A DNA stretch of 64,000 nucleotides. Origin: an uncultured delta proteobacterium. GTDB taxonomy: Bacteria > Bdellovibrionota > FAC87 > UBA2466. The stretch lies in the NCBI GenBank assembly GCA_963778115.1, contig CAVZSV010000005.1, positions 224,001-288,000 on the forward strand, given 5' to 3'. The notes below the pieces were generated by a model. The model was given only the letters and a program-made list of their open reading frames with translations. It was not told the DNA's origin and did no database searches. The translations under genes and the position numbers were made by a program. Position 1 is the first letter of the stretch, and each line of letters opens with the position of its first letter. Below are positions 17,628-27,083 of this stretch, one piece after another.

Positions 17628-18905
17628 TTGAGCGCAAAAAGGCTTGTCTATGCCATCGACTTTGGAACGTCCAATTCCTTACTAGCGGCAGCCGACGGGA
17701 CTAAAATATTTGCGCCAATCCCCTTAGATAGTAAGGCCAAAGATCCCAGTGTGCTAAGAAGCGTTCTGTTTTTTCCGAACCAGAACAAAGTCTTTTATGG
17801 AGCTGAGGCGGTACAGCATTTCTCGGAAAGTCAGGGCGAAGGGCGGCTTATCCGATCCATTAAAAAGCAACTTCCCATCCGAAGTTTCGTAGGAACGTAT
17901 GTGGGCGATAGGCCCCTTAATCTTGAAGATCTGATAGGGCTTTTTCTGGGAGAGCTTAGGAAAAGAGCCAATGCGCACTTCGGCCAGCAGGTGGATGCGG
18001 TGGTTTTGGGTAGGCCCGCCCGTTTTGCCGTTGAGGATGCTGACGATAGATTCGCGCAATTTAGGCTAGAAGATTCCGCAAAGCGCGCTGGCTTTAAAGA
18101 GATACATTTTTGCCCCGAGCCGATTGCCGCGGCCCACGAATTTAGGGAACAACTCAGAGAAGAAAAGATCGTCTGTGTCGCCGACTTCGGAGGTGGCACT
18201 TCCGACTTTACTTTAGTTAGGATTGGTCCGGCCGAGTATCGGCCGTCCGACGTTCTTTCGCTAGGGGGCGTTTCTGTTGCCGGAGATGCTTTGGATGGGG
18301 CCATCATGCGAAATGATCTGTCTCGATTTTTTGGAGCGGACGTGGAGTATCGAATCCCCTTTGGGTCGAATGTATTGCGGATGCCGATACATTTAATGGA
18401 AAGGCTTTGTTCGGCGGCGGACATTAACTATTTGGAGCAGCGAGAAGTCAGAGAGTTTTTAAATAACGTAAAGCAATGGGCAATTAAACCGGAAGACCGG
18501 CTAAAGCTTGAGCGACTTATGAGAATGGTGGAGGAGCAGCTAGGCTTTTACGTTTTCGAAAATATTGAAGGGGCCAAGCGCAGCTTGTCGGAGAACGACA
18601 CGGCGAAGATCAACCTATCGCATCCGGCGATTGAAATAGAGGAAATGATCTCACGAGGTAATTTCGACAAGTTCACGCATGTGCAGGTCGATTCCATTAC
18701 CGGCTGCCTAGATGAGACGTTGAAGAAAGCGGGATTAACGCCGGCACAAGTGGATATTGTTTGTTGCACCGGGGGAACCGCACGGGTGCCCGTGATTCAG
18801 ACTGAGCTAATTTCTAGGTTTGGCGCTTCGAAGGTGATTCAGCATAATTACTTCCATTCGGTGGTGGAGGGGCTTGCCCGTGTCGCACAGAGGGTGGGAA
18901 ATTAA
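17628..18905 (+). CDS. yegD: Hsp70-family protein, YegD-like
   Basis: AIDFGTSNS, GRLIRSIKK, VLGRPARF, PEPIAAA, DFGGGTSDFT, TGGTARVP. TTG start after AAAGGAG. Confidence 0.88.
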   Translation: MSAKRLVYAIDFGTSNSLLAAADGTKIFAPIPLDSKAKDPSVLRSVLFFPNQNKVFYGAEAVQHFSESQGEGRLIRSIKKQLPIRSFVGTYVGDRPLNLEDLIGLFLGELRKRANAHFGQQVDAVVLGRPARFAVEDADDRFAQFRLEDSAKRAGFKEIHFCPEPIAAAHEFREQLREEKIVCVADFGGGTSDFTLVRIGPAEYRPSDVLSLGGVSVAGDALDGAIMRNDLSRFFGADVEYRIPFGSNVLRMPIHLMERLCSAADINYLEQREVREFLNNVKQWAIKPEDRLKLERLMRMVEEQLGFYVFENIEGAKRSLSENDTAKINLSHPAIEIEEMISRGNFDKFTHVQVDSITGCLDETLKKAGLTPAQVDIVCCTGGTARVPVIQTELISRFGASKVIQHNYFHSVVEGLARVAQRVGN

Positions 18906-18979
18906 ATCCAGACAAAGAGCTAAAGGCCAAAAGAGAAAAAGCAAAACTTAAAAGTAAGCTAAATCTGAGAGGGCCCAGG

Positions 18980-20623
18980 TCACTTCTTCGCCAGCTCTGA
19001 GGCAATCTCTTTGATCGGATCCGCCCCCGGAGCTCCGTACCCCCGTGAGTACCAATAATAGTTAGCCAAAACTACCGTCACATAGTCTCGGGTTTCGCGG
19101 TAAGGGATGAGATCGATAAACAGAATCAGATCAGTCGTGGGATAGCGCTTACCCCAATTGTGCACGGCGTCTTCGCCGGCATTATAGGCCGCCAGTGCCA
19201 AGAGTAAGTTGCCCTGACGTTGGATAAGTTCGGAAATATATCGAGCTCCCAGCGTAATGTTGGTATCGGGGTTGAGCAGATCCGGGGGGCCGGAAGCCTG
19301 GGCCTCGGTAATTAGCTTCTTGGCGGTCTCGGGCTGAATTTGCAGTAAGCCCTGCGCGTTGGTGGGAGAGATAGCTTTAGGATCAAACAAACTCTCTTTG
19401 CGAGCCAATGCTAGTAATAGCAAGGGATCGGCGGTACTGGCCTGTCTTTCGAAGGAGGAATAGAAGGCTTTGGGATAGGCCAACTCCATCGTTTCGCGTG
19501 TGATAAGCGAAGGCCGTTTTAAGAGAAGGGCTGGAACGGAAATAACTTGGAGGGATGGATCCCCCATCTCTGCCAAGTAAATTCGTACCGAGGGATCGAT
19601 ATGGGTGAACCAATCGTTGGTCCATCCGGCAAGCACCGTTGCACTTTCGTCGAAACGGTATTGGTGTAACGCTTCAATGGCCTGTAGAAACCGATTGAGC
19701 TTTTTATTTCCTTTGGCGCGTTTTACTGCCAGCGATTGAGGGGACTGACTGAAATAATCGGTGGCGGCATCTTTTCCCGCGAGCAATCCCGCTAAAATGG
19801 CATGGAAAGAAAAACGGTGTTGGCTAAGTAACCTCTGCAGAGCTTTTTCTGCTTCGGCTGTCTTTCCGAGTTCACGCCGCGATCGGTATAGCCAGTAAAG
19901 GGTTCTTCCCGAGAAAGCATCGACCGCTGTTGTTTTCGAAAAGAGCCGCTCTGCATTTTTATAATCGTTCTTGTAAACGTAGAGTAAGCCCGCCCGAGTG
20001 AGAAAGTTTTCGCGATCGATAGAATTTTTAGGAAAGCAACGGGCCGATTTCTCATAAAGCGGGGCTATCTCATCGGAAGTGATATCGGTGGGAAGGTAAT
20101 CCTCCATCGTGGCCGCGACGGCTACCAGAACATTATTCGGGCAACGCAGCTTAAAGGACGCTTTGGCCATTTTTCGTAAATCGGCAACACTTGCGCCGTT
20201 TAATCCTTTGAGCAGGGAAGGGACCTTCTCTTTGCGGGTCTTGGTCACATTCTTAATTTTGCCGCCCGACATCTCTACGGGGGCCGTGCTCACCACTTTA
20301 GCTTCCGGTGTTTTGGGAGTTCGCAGGTTAACTCGGATTCGGATGGCGAGCGAGCGACTCAAGAAAGCGGGACAGAAAAGATTGGCATTGGTTTTGGATT
20401 TACAACTCTTCTTGATGCTAGCCAGTTCATCAGGGGGGAGTGCCCCGTGGATCCAGCGATCAAAAGCTTCGGCATTCCTAAATTCCGGCGTATCTTTCAC
20501 GGCCGAAGAGATTTCGATCTGTTTTTGTTCCGGAGTTGAATTCGATGCAGAATTGTTTTGCGGGAGGCTGGCGCAACCGAGCACCATCAGTGCGGCACTT
20601 AAGTGATTGAGAAATAATTTCAT
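18980..20623 (-). CDS. Lipoprotein lytic transglycosylase (TPR-like + SLT domain)
   Basis: Lipobox LGC; ARKESLFDPKAIS..NAQGLLQI; ALAAYNAG; IPYRETRDYV. Confidence 0.92.
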   Translation of the reverse strand: MKLFLNHLSAALMVLGCASLPQNNSASNSTPEQKQIEISSAVKDTPEFRNAEAFDRWIHGALPPDELASIKKSCKSKTNANLFCPAFLSRSLAIRIRVNLRTPKTPEAKVVSTAPVEMSGGKIKNVTKTRKEKVPSLLKGLNGASVADLRKMAKASFKLRCPNNVLVAVAATMEDYLPTDITSDEIAPLYEKSARCFPKNSIDRENFLTRAGLLYVYKNDYKNAERLFSKTTAVDAFSGRTLYWLYRSRRELGKTAEAEKALQRLLSQHRFSFHAILAGLLAGKDAATDYFSQSPQSLAVKRAKGNKKLNRFLQAIEALHQYRFDESATVLAGWTNDWFTHIDPSVRIYLAEMGDPSLQVISVPALLLKRPSLITRETMELAYPKAFYSSFERQASTADPLLLLALARKESLFDPKAISPTNAQGLLQIQPETAKKLITEAQASGPPDLLNPDTNITLGARYISELIQRQGNLLLALAAYNAGEDAVHNWGKRYPTTDLILFIDLIPYRETRDYVTVVLANYYWYSRGYGAPGADPIKEIASELAKK

Positions 20624-20646
20624 GGAGCTAAATTATATCTCTTCTT

Positions 20647-22029
20647 TCACGGCGGGGCCATGTCCACGATGACTTCGGTTCCCAACGGATAGAGGGGGGC
20701 CGTGCGAACGGCAAATCGCCAGCCATATTTTCGGCAAATGGCGTGAACCCACGCCAATCCCAGTCCGGTTCCCGAGCCTCGTTGTCCGGGCGGCGTATTA
20801 AAGGGGGTACCTAGTTGTTGCAGCACCGTGGCCGGGATGCCGGGTCCCTTATCGCGAACGATGAGTCGCGACTCTTCGACAATGAGCTCGACGGCAGTAG
20901 CGCTTTCGCTGTATTGCAATGCGTTGGAAAGTAGATTCGTAATAACCTGTTCAAAATGTTCGCTCATCGAAAAGACGGTACCGGGGGAGTGGCTTTCAAA
21001 ATGAATTCTGCCCGGGTGCACCTTTTCCATGCGATGCGCTATTTGGCTGGCGGTCTCCCCTAGAGAATTAGCATGGATGATCTGAGGAACCCCGGGAACA
21101 CTTTCGAAACGACTCCACTCCATGAAATGGTTTATGGTTTGGCTAAGCTTATCTATCTCATGCAGACAGTCCGCTAAATCATGACCATAGCAAGGGGCTA
21201 CTTTGTCTTTTACGGTTTCAACGGTGTTTCGGATGATGGTCAGCGGGGTTTTTAGTTCGTGGGTCATTTGGGTGATACGTTGATTGGTCCTCTTTAAACC
21301 TAATTTTGCACTTTCGCCCAATCGATTTAGCGCAATGGCAAGACGGGAGATTTCGTCAGCCCCTTTGGTCTTACCCGACCAGCGAAATTGTAGCCGTTCT
21401 CCTGGATCGGACATTCCCATGGGAAACGAAAAGCCATCGGCAGTTCCCGCCGCAATTAAAGTAGTCTCATGTTCTAAGTACTGAGCTAGTTTTGTTAGAG
21501 GGCGCAAAAGAATACTCATCAAGGCGTAAGAGACGCCGCTAATGACGATAAGTACGCTAGCTAAGTAAAAAAAGATGCGGTACTTGAGGTTACGCCAATG
21601 CAATAGATAGCCGTCTAAGAAAAGTCCCACTTGAAGCGTCTCTTTGCTGTCGGGTAGCGGCAACGTAAGTACCCTGATGGTATGACCATCTCGCTCTAAC
21701 CGTTGCCAGCGCTCTTTGGTATCTAGGTTTCCTATCTGGGTCGCGGCTTCACTTTGGTAAATCAGCGATCCGTCGCGGGAGTACAGCCTGATGATGCTAT
21801 CAGGCTGAGGTTCTCCTAATACTTCGGAAACAATATCGGCAGCCTCCTCGACATCGTCGATCTTGGAGGTCGACAGATCAGAGGAATACAGCGATGACGC
21901 CATTCGTTCGATCTGCTGATCGATCAAACGGCGCCGTTCGCGGACTAATACGGAATCCTGAATGAAAGATAGCGCGATGAGAGTGGTAAGCAGAACCGAA
22001 AGGATAATAAGAAAGAAGCGTAATCGCAT
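20647..22029 (-). CDS. Sensor histidine kinase (2 TM, HAMP, HisKA, HATPase)
   Basis: THELKTPLT, NLLSNALQY, DKGPGI, GTGLGLA. Confidence 0.93.
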   Translation of the reverse strand: MRLRFFLIILSVLLTTLIALSFIQDSVLVRERRRLIDQQIERMASSLYSSDLSTSKIDDVEEAADIVSEVLGEPQPDSIIRLYSRDGSLIYQSEAATQIGNLDTKERWQRLERDGHTIRVLTLPLPDSKETLQVGLFLDGYLLHWRNLKYRIFFYLASVLIVISGVSYALMSILLRPLTKLAQYLEHETTLIAAGTADGFSFPMGMSDPGERLQFRWSGKTKGADEISRLAIALNRLGESAKLGLKRTNQRITQMTHELKTPLTIIRNTVETVKDKVAPCYGHDLADCLHEIDKLSQTINHFMEWSRFESVPGVPQIIHANSLGETASQIAHRMEKVHPGRIHFESHSPGTVFSMSEHFEQVITNLLSNALQYSESATAVELIVEESRLIVRDKGPGIPATVLQQLGTPFNTPPGQRGSGTGLGLAWVHAICRKYGWRFAVRTAPLYPLGTEVIVDMAPP

Positions 22030-22035
22030 GCCCCG

Positions 22036-22713
22036 TTAGGTTTCCAGCCAATAGCCCACATGGCGGCGGTTGCAGATCTCAATACCTGATTCAAAGGCTT
22101 CCAGCTTGCGACGTAAGTTTTTGATCGTCACTTCGACGGTATTGGATTCCACGTCACAACTGAGGTCCCATACCGAATCGAGCAGTTGATATTTGGTATA
22201 GACTCGCCCCGGGCTTTGCATAAAAAGTACAAGGATTTGAAATTCCTTTCGCGAAAGATCAAGTCGACGATTCTGTGAGGCTACCGTTTGGGATTTTAGA
22301 TCCACGGTAAGATTTCCCGATTGGAGAATGGAAGAGGCAGCCCCGGGTCCATTTCGGCGCGAGACGGCCCGCAGACGGGCAGAGAGTTCCGCCAAAGAGA
22401 ATGGTTTGGTTAGGTAATCATCGGCTCCCATGTCGAGGACGGCTGCTTTTTCTTCAGCAAGTCCAATCGCCGAAAGAACCACTATTTTTCCCTTCGGATA
22501 GCGGTGACGGAGTCTCGAAATTAGAGTTGCGCCGTCTTTACCTTGGAGCATGCGGTCAAGAATAACGGCTTCGGGCTGAAAGTCGTGGGCTGCCATCTGG
22601 CTTTCGGCCTCATCGACAGTAGTACACAAGCGAGTGTGATGACCTTCCGCGTTAAGCGATGACGTCAAGTAGCGGGCTACCCGCAGTTCATCCTCGACAA
22701 TAAGAACGTCCAT
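22036..22713 (-). CDS. OmpR-family response regulator
   Basis: VLIVEDE, ILDRML, GADDYLTKPF, winged helix SNTVEVTIKNLRRKL. Start moved to ATG 22713. Confidence 0.95.
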   Translation of the reverse strand: MDVLIVEDELRVARYLTSSLNAEGHHTRLCTTVDEAESQMAAHDFQPEAVILDRMLQGKDGATLISRLRHRYPKGKIVVLSAIGLAEEKAAVLDMGADDYLTKPFSLAELSARLRAVSRRNGPGAASSILQSGNLTVDLKSQTVASQNRRLDLSRKEFQILVLFMQSPGRVYTKYQLLDSVWDLSCDVESNTVEVTIKNLRRKLEAFESGIEICNRRHVGYWLET

Positions 22714-22815
22714 AATGAGAGAGAACCAGAGAGAAGGGAAAATGTCCAGGCGTGCGACCCGCTGAACGCCCCCAAGGGGAAGCACGCCTGGACCTCGTAC
22801 AACACCAGGGTTAAA

Positions 22816-23007
22816 TTATTGGCTAGCGACCTTTCGTTTTTCGTGAACGCAATTGCGAAGCGCTTTTCCTTTGAGACTAGCGTCCTGCTTAAGGCATTGC
22901 GCTTTAGCGACTTTGTATGAAGGCAAAGCAGCTGATTTAGTATCAGATTGCCCCGCCCATGCCGCGAGGCAACCCGATACTATGACTATGGCAAAAAGTT
23001 TCTTCAT
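22816..23007 (-). CDS. Small secreted protein with two cysteines (PsiF-like spacing)
   Basis: RBS GGAGG, signal peptide MKKLFAIVIVSGCLAAWA, C...LKGKALRNC. Confidence 0.65.
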   Translation of the reverse strand: MKKLFAIVIVSGCLAAWAGQSDTKSAALPSYKVAKAQCLKQDASLKGKALRNCVHEKRKVASQ

Positions 23008-23179
23008 CGGACCTCCCAGAGTGGCTGAAAACAGGTTGATATTACCGCAGCGGTTTGTCGTGGGGATGAACGGAAGATAAAAATAAATTCATTTTGAAAG
23101 CGGAAATGGCGTCCACAAAATCTAGGCTAAGGAGTTAGTCTAAGCAATGCCCCTCTGCCGCCATTTGCGAGGACGATCG

Positions 23180-23851
23180 TTACGCGGCACTTGCAATAGT
23201 CTGCGAGCTTTCTATGTAGCGCTGGGCCACCTCTTCCCAATCGATGATATTCCACATGGCATCCACAAAGTCAGCACGGCGGTGCTGATATCTCAAATAA
23301 AAAGCATGCTCCCACAAATCCACGACAAAAAGCGGCACTAGCCCCTGATCGAGTGGAGTTTCGTGATCTTGAGTAGTATGGACCAGTAGCTTTCGCACGA
23401 GCTGCCCTGCTTCGTCGTAATGGTCGTCCGCCGAGAGCCAGACCCACCCGCTTGCAAAGTGGTGATTGGCAAGTTTCGAAAAGCGTCTTCGAAAATCGTC
23501 GACAGATCCAAAGTCGTCGTCGATGGCCTGTTTAAGTTTTCCTGATGGGGAGCAGAGCAAAGGGGAGTCCTCGGGAGCACTGAGTCCTGTCCAAAAGAGG
23601 CTATGGTTGTAGTGGCCGCCCCCATTATGGATGACGGAAAGCCGGAGTTTTGACGGTAAAGAATCCGCTTCACGCAATAACGCTTCCAGCGAATGGTTCT
23701 GGTATTCGGGAAAGTCTTCTAGCGAGCGATTTAGCTCGTCGACATAAGCCCTGTGATGGCGATCGTGATGGTAAAACATGGTAGTGGCATCGATAAAAGG
23801 TTCTAAGGCATCGTAGGAATATCTAAGAAGGGGAAGATGAAACATGGCCAC
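23180..23851 (-). CDS. sod: Fe/Mn superoxide dismutase (Mn-like GGG motif)
   Basis: HHDRHHRAYV, NGGGHYNHSLFW, SGWVWL, DLWEHAFYL. Confidence 0.95.
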   Translation of the reverse strand: MAMFHLPLLRYSYDALEPFIDATTMFYHHDRHHRAYVDELNRSLEDFPEYQNHSLEALLREADSLPSKLRLSVIHNGGGHYNHSLFWTGLSAPEDSPLLCSPSGKLKQAIDDDFGSVDDFRRRFSKLANHHFASGWVWLSADDHYDEAGQLVRKLLVHTTQDHETPLDQGLVPLFVVDLWEHAFYLRYQHRRADFVDAMWNIIDWEEVAQRYIESSQTIASAA

Positions 23852-23885
23852 CTCTGTCGTTAACGATTCACTTTAGATTTAAGTT

Positions 23886-23902
23886 TGCAATCAATATGCC
23901 AG
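23886..23902 (-). promoter_or_regulatory. Sigma-54 promoter motif upstream of sod
   Basis: Reverse strand CTGGCATATTGATTGCA (TGGCAT-N5-TTGCA), about 35 bp before the start. Confidence 0.65.
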
Positions 23903-23961
23903 GTAGGCGCGGCTTAGTCGGGGCGGAAACAATACCAAGATCTGTGGAAGTCTGCGACAGC

Positions 23962-24426
23962 TCAACGGTGAAAACGAAGACAATTAATAAGAAGCAAAGA
24001 CATCTCATGGGCCTGAAGGTCGACAAGGACCGTATCGCCCGGATGTTTTTCACAGTGATCAATAAAGGTATAGGCGTCCCACTTGACGTGACGCTCTTTC
24101 ATCTGCCGTATGACAGGATGGGAGTCCCCGACAGCTCGATACCAGTACTTGGCATTCTCAAAATCTCCTTCTCGTCGGTGCAAGATAGCATGCCAGTAGG
24201 CCAGATCTCCCATCTGCTCTTTTTGGGCGATCTCATGACAGCGATCTTTGTCGTCATTCCAAAGATGAAATCCGGCTATGACGCCTGGGCTACTTTTCAC
24301 GGATTCGATCGTTTTTACGAGATCGGCCTTCCAGAGATGAGCCATGCGCAATGGAGGTTTCGGATCGCGCATCGTTAAGGTCTGGATGAGGAAATCGAGA
24401 CTATTTTGCTTTGGGGTAAATGGCAT
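23962..24426 (-). CDS. Conserved hypothetical protein
   Basis: HEIAQ...AYWHAILHRREGDFENAKYWYR motif of a widespread uncharacterised family; start uncertain. Confidence 0.75.
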   Translation of the reverse strand: MPFTPKQNSLDFLIQTLTMRDPKPPLRMAHLWKADLVKTIESVKSSPGVIAGFHLWNDDKDRCHEIAQKEQMGDLAYWHAILHRREGDFENAKYWYRAVGDSHPVIRQMKERHVKWDAYTFIDHCEKHPGDTVLVDLQAHEMSLLLINCLRFHR

Positions 24427-25027
24427 AGGTTCCCGTCCACTGAGCGGATTGGAGTATGTGCCCTTCGATGGCTTTGCGCACTTGAGGCCCGGTAAAAGTT
24501 CCCTCAAGAGGAAGCCTTACCCAGTCGGTGGCGTATAGCGTAAAGTGGTAATGGTGTATCTTTTCGTCGTTCCATGGGGGACACGGGCCGTCGTAGCCAA
24601 AATAACTTCCCCTCATGATGGGATCTTTTTGAAACCAGCTTGTGTAATCGTTAATTCCCTGTCTTGAACCTTTGGGGGCAATAGGCCCTGCCTTTCCGTG
24701 GGGAGTGATCGAATGACTAAACTCGCCGCGGCGTATTTCGTTCCATTTGGGATCGATGTCTACGAGAACCCAGTGAAAAAAGTCCACCCGGGGAAGATCG
24801 TAGGGAACCGTTCTGCCCTCCTGATTGACATCGCCTGGCCGGCTTGGGACTTCCGAATCGTGGCACAGAAGTACCAACGACTGAGTCTGTGGGGGAAAAT
24901 CTTCCCATTGGAACCCGGGATTAATGTTCGTGGAAAGTTCGATATGCGATGCGGGGTGGTATTTTCCGAACGCAAAAGTGGTCGGAATGGCGCCACCCGA
25001 GGAAAAGTCAGTGCTGGTTACTTTCAT
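24401..25027 (-). CDS. YbhB/YbcL (PEBP) Raf kinase inhibitor-like protein
   Basis: FFHWVLVDI, QGINDYTSWF, GYDGPCPPWND...HHYHFTLYA. Confidence 0.93.
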   Translation of the reverse strand: MKVTSTDFSSGGAIPTTFAFGKYHPASHIELSTNINPGFQWEDFPPQTQSLVLLCHDSEVPSRPGDVNQEGRTVPYDLPRVDFFHWVLVDIDPKWNEIRRGEFSHSITPHGKAGPIAPKGSRQGINDYTSWFQKDPIMRGSYFGYDGPCPPWNDEKIHHYHFTLYATDWVRLPLEGTFTGPQVRKAIEGHILQSAQWTGTYAIYPKAK

Positions 25028-25133
25028 GCACGGAGGCTAGCGAAATTCTAGCTAATTGTCACCAGGTTGCCGCTCACGGTAGTAGCTCCGTTGAAGAAAA
25101 AATGGTTAAATACATAGGAATTTTGGAGGGGGA

Positions 25134-25826
25134 ATGATTCTATTCCGACAGCTCTTTGATCGAGAGAGCGCGACTTATACCTACTTGCTTTCCGATGGAA
25201 TTTCCGGCCAGGCGATTCTTATCGATCCGGTTCTGGAATGTCTCGACAGAGATTTGAATTTGGTCGGGGAGCTTGGGCTGACCCTTTCTCATAGTTTAGA
25301 GACTCACGCGCATGCGGATCACATTACTAGCAGTGGCGAACTCAGGGAACGGACCCATTGTGTCACGGTTGTCTCAGCCGCAAGCGGAGTGAAATGTGCC
25401 GATAGGTTAGTCAAAGAAGGGGACGAGATTCTCTCGGGCTCGCTTCGTGTCACCGTCTTGTCCACTCCAGGCCACACGAACGGATGTGTGAGTTACTTGT
25501 GCCAGGGCCGGATCTTTACCGGAGATGCTTTATGCATTCGTTCCGCGGGCCGCACCGATTTTCAAGCGGGATCCGCCGAGACTCTCTTTAGAAGTATTCA
25601 CGACAAACTTTATACTTTGCCGGATTCGACGCTTGTGTTTCCCGGCCACGATTATCAGGGGATGACCGTCAGTACGATTGGGGAAGAGAAGCAATTTAAT
25701 CGCCGTATCTCGCTTTCGATCACCCGAGAACAATTTGTAGATAAGATGAATTCCCTAAAACTTCCCGAACCTAAGAAGATAGCAATAGCAGTTCCTGCGA
25801 ACCTTAATTGCGGTAAAGCGATCTAA
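25134..25826 (+). CDS. pdo: Persulfide dioxygenase (ETHE1-like metallo-beta-lactamase fold)
   Basis: FRQLFD..SATYTYLL, ETHAHADHIT, TPGHT, FTGDAL, GRTDFQ, PGHDY, PANLNCG. Confidence 0.92.
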   Translation: MILFRQLFDRESATYTYLLSDGISGQAILIDPVLECLDRDLNLVGELGLTLSHSLETHAHADHITSSGELRERTHCVTVVSAASGVKCADRLVKEGDEILSGSLRVTVLSTPGHTNGCVSYLCQGRIFTGDALCIRSAGRTDFQAGSAETLFRSIHDKLYTLPDSTLVFPGHDYQGMTVSTIGEEKQFNRRISLSITREQFVDKMNSLKLPEPKKIAIAVPANLNCGKAI

Positions 25827-25841
25827 GGAGGAGTAAATTTC

Positions 25842-27032
25842 ATGGGCGTGACTTCTCACGATGTCATTATCATAGGGGGCGGTGCAGCGGGTATCACCGT
25901 CGCTTCCAGACTTCGCAAAAAGCAACCGAAACTAGATATCGCCATTATCGAGCCCTCGCAAAAACACTATTATCAGCCGTTATGGACGCTAGTGGGGGCC
26001 GGGGTTTTTCGCAAAGAGGTCACCGAACGCAGCGAAGCTTCCCTAATTCCCCGAGGGGTAAAGTGGATAGTGGAAAGTGCGGACTCCATCGATCCTGAAA
26101 ACCGGACGGTTACGACCCTGGGCCGAAATACCTATCGCTACGAAAATTTAGTCGTTGCGGCGGGGCTGCAGGTCGATTGGGATCGGGTGAAGGGGCTTCC
26201 CGAGACGGTTGGCAAGAACGGGGTATGTAGTATTTACGATTATCGCTACGTCGCTTCGACGTGGGAAATGATTTCTGGTTTTAAAGGGGGGAATGCACTG
26301 TTCACGTTTCCGAACACTCCCGTCAAGTGCGGAGGAGCGCCCCAGAAGATCATGTATTTAGCGGATCACCATTTCAGACGATCAGGGGTACGCGATAGGA
26401 CTCACGTCATGTTTGTGTCAGCCGGAGGTAGTATTTTCGGCGTTAAGAAATACGCCGAAGCGCTCTCCAAGGTCATCCTCCGACGGCACATTCAGACCGA
26501 TTATAAATTGAACCTGGTCGAGGTCCGGCCCAGAAAACGAGAGGCTATCTTTGAAAACGTGGAGACGAAATCTCGACGGGCGATTAGCTATGATCTGCTG
26601 CACGTAACCCCTCCGATGAGCGGTCCTGACTTTTTGAAAAGAGGCCCTTTAACCAACGCCTCCGGCTGGGTCGAAGTAAATAAGAATACCCTTCAACACG
26701 TAAAGTATCCCGATGTGTTTGCGTTAGGAGATGCGAGCAGTCTTCCCACCTCCAAGACAGGCGCTGCCATCCGGCATCAGGCGCCGGTTCTTATCGAAAA
26801 TCTAATGTGCCATCGGGGAAGCAGAAAACTCAGTGCTTCTTACGACGGCTACACCTCCTGTCCCTTGGTGACGGGTTACGGAAGTTTGATCTTGGCCGAA
26901 TTTGACTATGACGGAAACCCCAAAGAGACCTTTCCCTGGGATCAGTCCAAAGAGCGACTGAGCATGTACCTGCTGAAAAAGCATTTGTTGCCTCGGTTGT
27001 ACTGGCATGGAATGCTCAGGGGCCGTGCGTAG
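25842..27032 (+). CDS. sqr: Sulfide:quinone oxidoreductase (type II, SQRDL-like)
   Basis: GGGAAG, HYYQPLWTLVGAG, VKCGGAPQKIMYL, YDGYTSCPLVTG, AEFDY. Confidence 0.92.
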   Translation: MGVTSHDVIIIGGGAAGITVASRLRKKQPKLDIAIIEPSQKHYYQPLWTLVGAGVFRKEVTERSEASLIPRGVKWIVESADSIDPENRTVTTLGRNTYRYENLVVAAGLQVDWDRVKGLPETVGKNGVCSIYDYRYVASTWEMISGFKGGNALFTFPNTPVKCGGAPQKIMYLADHHFRRSGVRDRTHVMFVSAGGSIFGVKKYAEALSKVILRRHIQTDYKLNLVEVRPRKREAIFENVETKSRRAISYDLLHVTPPMSGPDFLKRGPLTNASGWVEVNKNTLQHVKYPDVFALGDASSLPTSKTGAAIRHQAPVLIENLMCHRGSRKLSASYDGYTSCPLVTGYGSLILAEFDYDGNPKETFPWDQSKERLSMYLLKKHLLPRLYWHGMLRGRA

Positions 27033-27083
27033 GACGGACCGAATAGGTCTGGGGCGCCCGAGAAAGGACCCAAGGATAGTTTC

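Noticed and set aside
18980..20623. Lytic transglycosylase as the CIS endolysin
   Set aside because: It is 10 kb away among housekeeping genes and has an Slt-like lipoprotein architecture.
25134..25826. Beta-lactamase resistance gene
   Set aside because: Motifs and the sqr neighbour indicate a persulfide dioxygenase.
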